Assembly (NCBI GenBank): GCA_024137785.1
Contig: JAHRHZ010000217.1
Location: 4,907,013-4,971,012 of the forward strand
DNA length: 64,000 bases
Direction of reading: 5' to 3'
Source: Ginglymostoma cirratum
Taxonomy: Eukaryota
Numbering within the stretch: the stretch's first letter is position 1; each line of letters opens with the position of its first letter. Positions 62,685-64,000 of this stretch are shown here, in pieces. The notes beneath the pieces are model-generated. The model ran no database searches. It saw only the letters and a list, made by a program, of their open reading frames with translations, and was not told the origin of the DNA. The position numbers were made by a program, and so were the translations under genes.

Positions 62685-63025
62685 TAGAAGTGGAGAGGTT
62701 CCTTCCCTTTTTGGGAGAACCTGTGTGTTTTCTAGACCCAGTCTCAAAATAAGGGGTCACTTATTTGAAGACAGAGATGAGTAGGAATTGTTTTCTCTCA
62801 AAGGATAGTGAATCTGCTGAATTCTTTACATCAGAGATTGGGTTGGTAAGTATATTCAAGGCTGAGATTGACTTTTTTTGAAACATAGTGAGGGAATTAA
62901 GGATTGTGGGAGAAAAACAGGAAAGGGGAGTTGATTGTTATCAAATTAGCCACCAACTCATTGATTGACAGAGCAGACTTGAAGGGCTGAATGGCCTATT
63001 TCTGCTCCTAGCCCTGTAGTCTTAT
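62685..63025 (+). mobile_element. CR1 3' fragment
   Basis: CAGTCTCAAAATAAGGGG..GAGATGAG.AGGAATT; tail GAAGGGCTGAATGGCCTATTTCTGCTCCTA. Confidence 0.8.
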
Positions 63026-63224
63026 GGGTTGATCATTTAGAAATACCAAAATATCGGATCAAAAATTTGGTTCATCCAAGCTTTCTAGCTGTCAAATTGG
63101 TATGCTTTAATGGAGACAACAAACACCAGGCTCTTCTACATTGAGATGGAAATTCTGCTTTTACATCAGAAAATTCCAAAAATGGCCCTCAGACATCAGT
63201 TTACAAAGGTAAAGTTTCCATATT

Positions 63225-63410
63225 CCCAGCAGACCACAAGGCTGCTCTCTTATTAAAGAGAGACAACTGTTGGTAAATCTAACCTAAGGGTCACCAAGCC
63301 TCAAGAAAGGGGTGAGGTTGAGAAGGTAAAACCTTCATGATAACCTCAACCATTGTCGGAATTGAACCCATATTATTAACATCACTCTGCATCGCAAACC
63401 AACTAACTGA
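63225..63410 (-). mobile_element. tRNA-derived SINE fragment (distinct family)
   Basis: Reverse B-box GGGTTCAATTCC at ~63358-63369 followed by a SINE-like body. Confidence 0.5.
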
Positions 63411-64000
63411 CTGCCGATCATCTAAGAAACTGAAAATGTTAATTGTTTGTCTCCAGCTAATGACACCCCCATTTTCTGAATGAATAAAAATAAGTAAACA
63501 ATCTTTGACATTCCGACCCCATCTTTTGCAGGATAAAGTAGCTCATAATTGATGATAGGAGAGCAGGACCAATTGGGATGCCTGAGTCTCCTGAATCACC
63601 AAGGGTGATAATTCTCTATATTGTCATGAAGTTGTGCTAGATTACCTATTAATTTACAATTTCATTGACTGGTCAGACATGAAACTGGTTTAAAAAATGC
63701 ATTTTTGCCATATCATGGGCACTAACTTGAAGTAAATGCTAATTTGTACTTGTAAAGTTTTATCCCATTATATGAGAAATCAACTCAACAGAGACAATGG
63801 CATCCATGAAGGCGCAAGCATATTCTTATCTCAACAAGGTAGAAGATGGATCATTCAGAAATTAATGACTGGCTCATTGGAGCAATAAATATTTTAGATG
63901 AAATGGCTAAAGATAAGTCATAAAATGGGCAACCAATTTCCTTTCAAAATTCACAATTGCTTTCCATGGACTGTAAGACTAAATTAGGGAGTTGTCATGT

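Overview
Eukaryotic, repeat-dominated non-coding DNA (large intron or gene desert), most likely from a shark or other cartilaginous fish; this is inferred from HE1-like and Deu-domain SINEs, abundant CR1/L2 LINEs and Penelope elements. No host gene can be identified with confidence, and nearly all ORF-track entries are transposon fragments, antisense shadows or N-gap artefacts. The window contains many CR1 LINE copies (one near full-length with an esterase-type ORF1, one young RT fragment with a single stop), L2 and Rex1/Babar fragments, tRNA-derived SINEs, decayed PIF/Harbinger transposase and Myb/SANT partner ORFs, and about 14 Penelope-like (PLE) insertions. The most notable signal is the PLE system. 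The element 3' ends carry minimal hammerhead ribozyme motifs (CTGAnGA-A-stem II-GAAACGTH) with covarying stem II across subfamilies. Several insertions are short fold-back elements centred on the hammerhead, flanked by 10-15 bp target-site duplications (TSDs), with a 33-nt tail on only one arm, and one carries about 100 bp of apparently captured sequence. Two 400-N gaps fall inside the youngest PLE family. Family assignments come from motif recognition by eye, not database searches, and boundaries of old relics are approximate.
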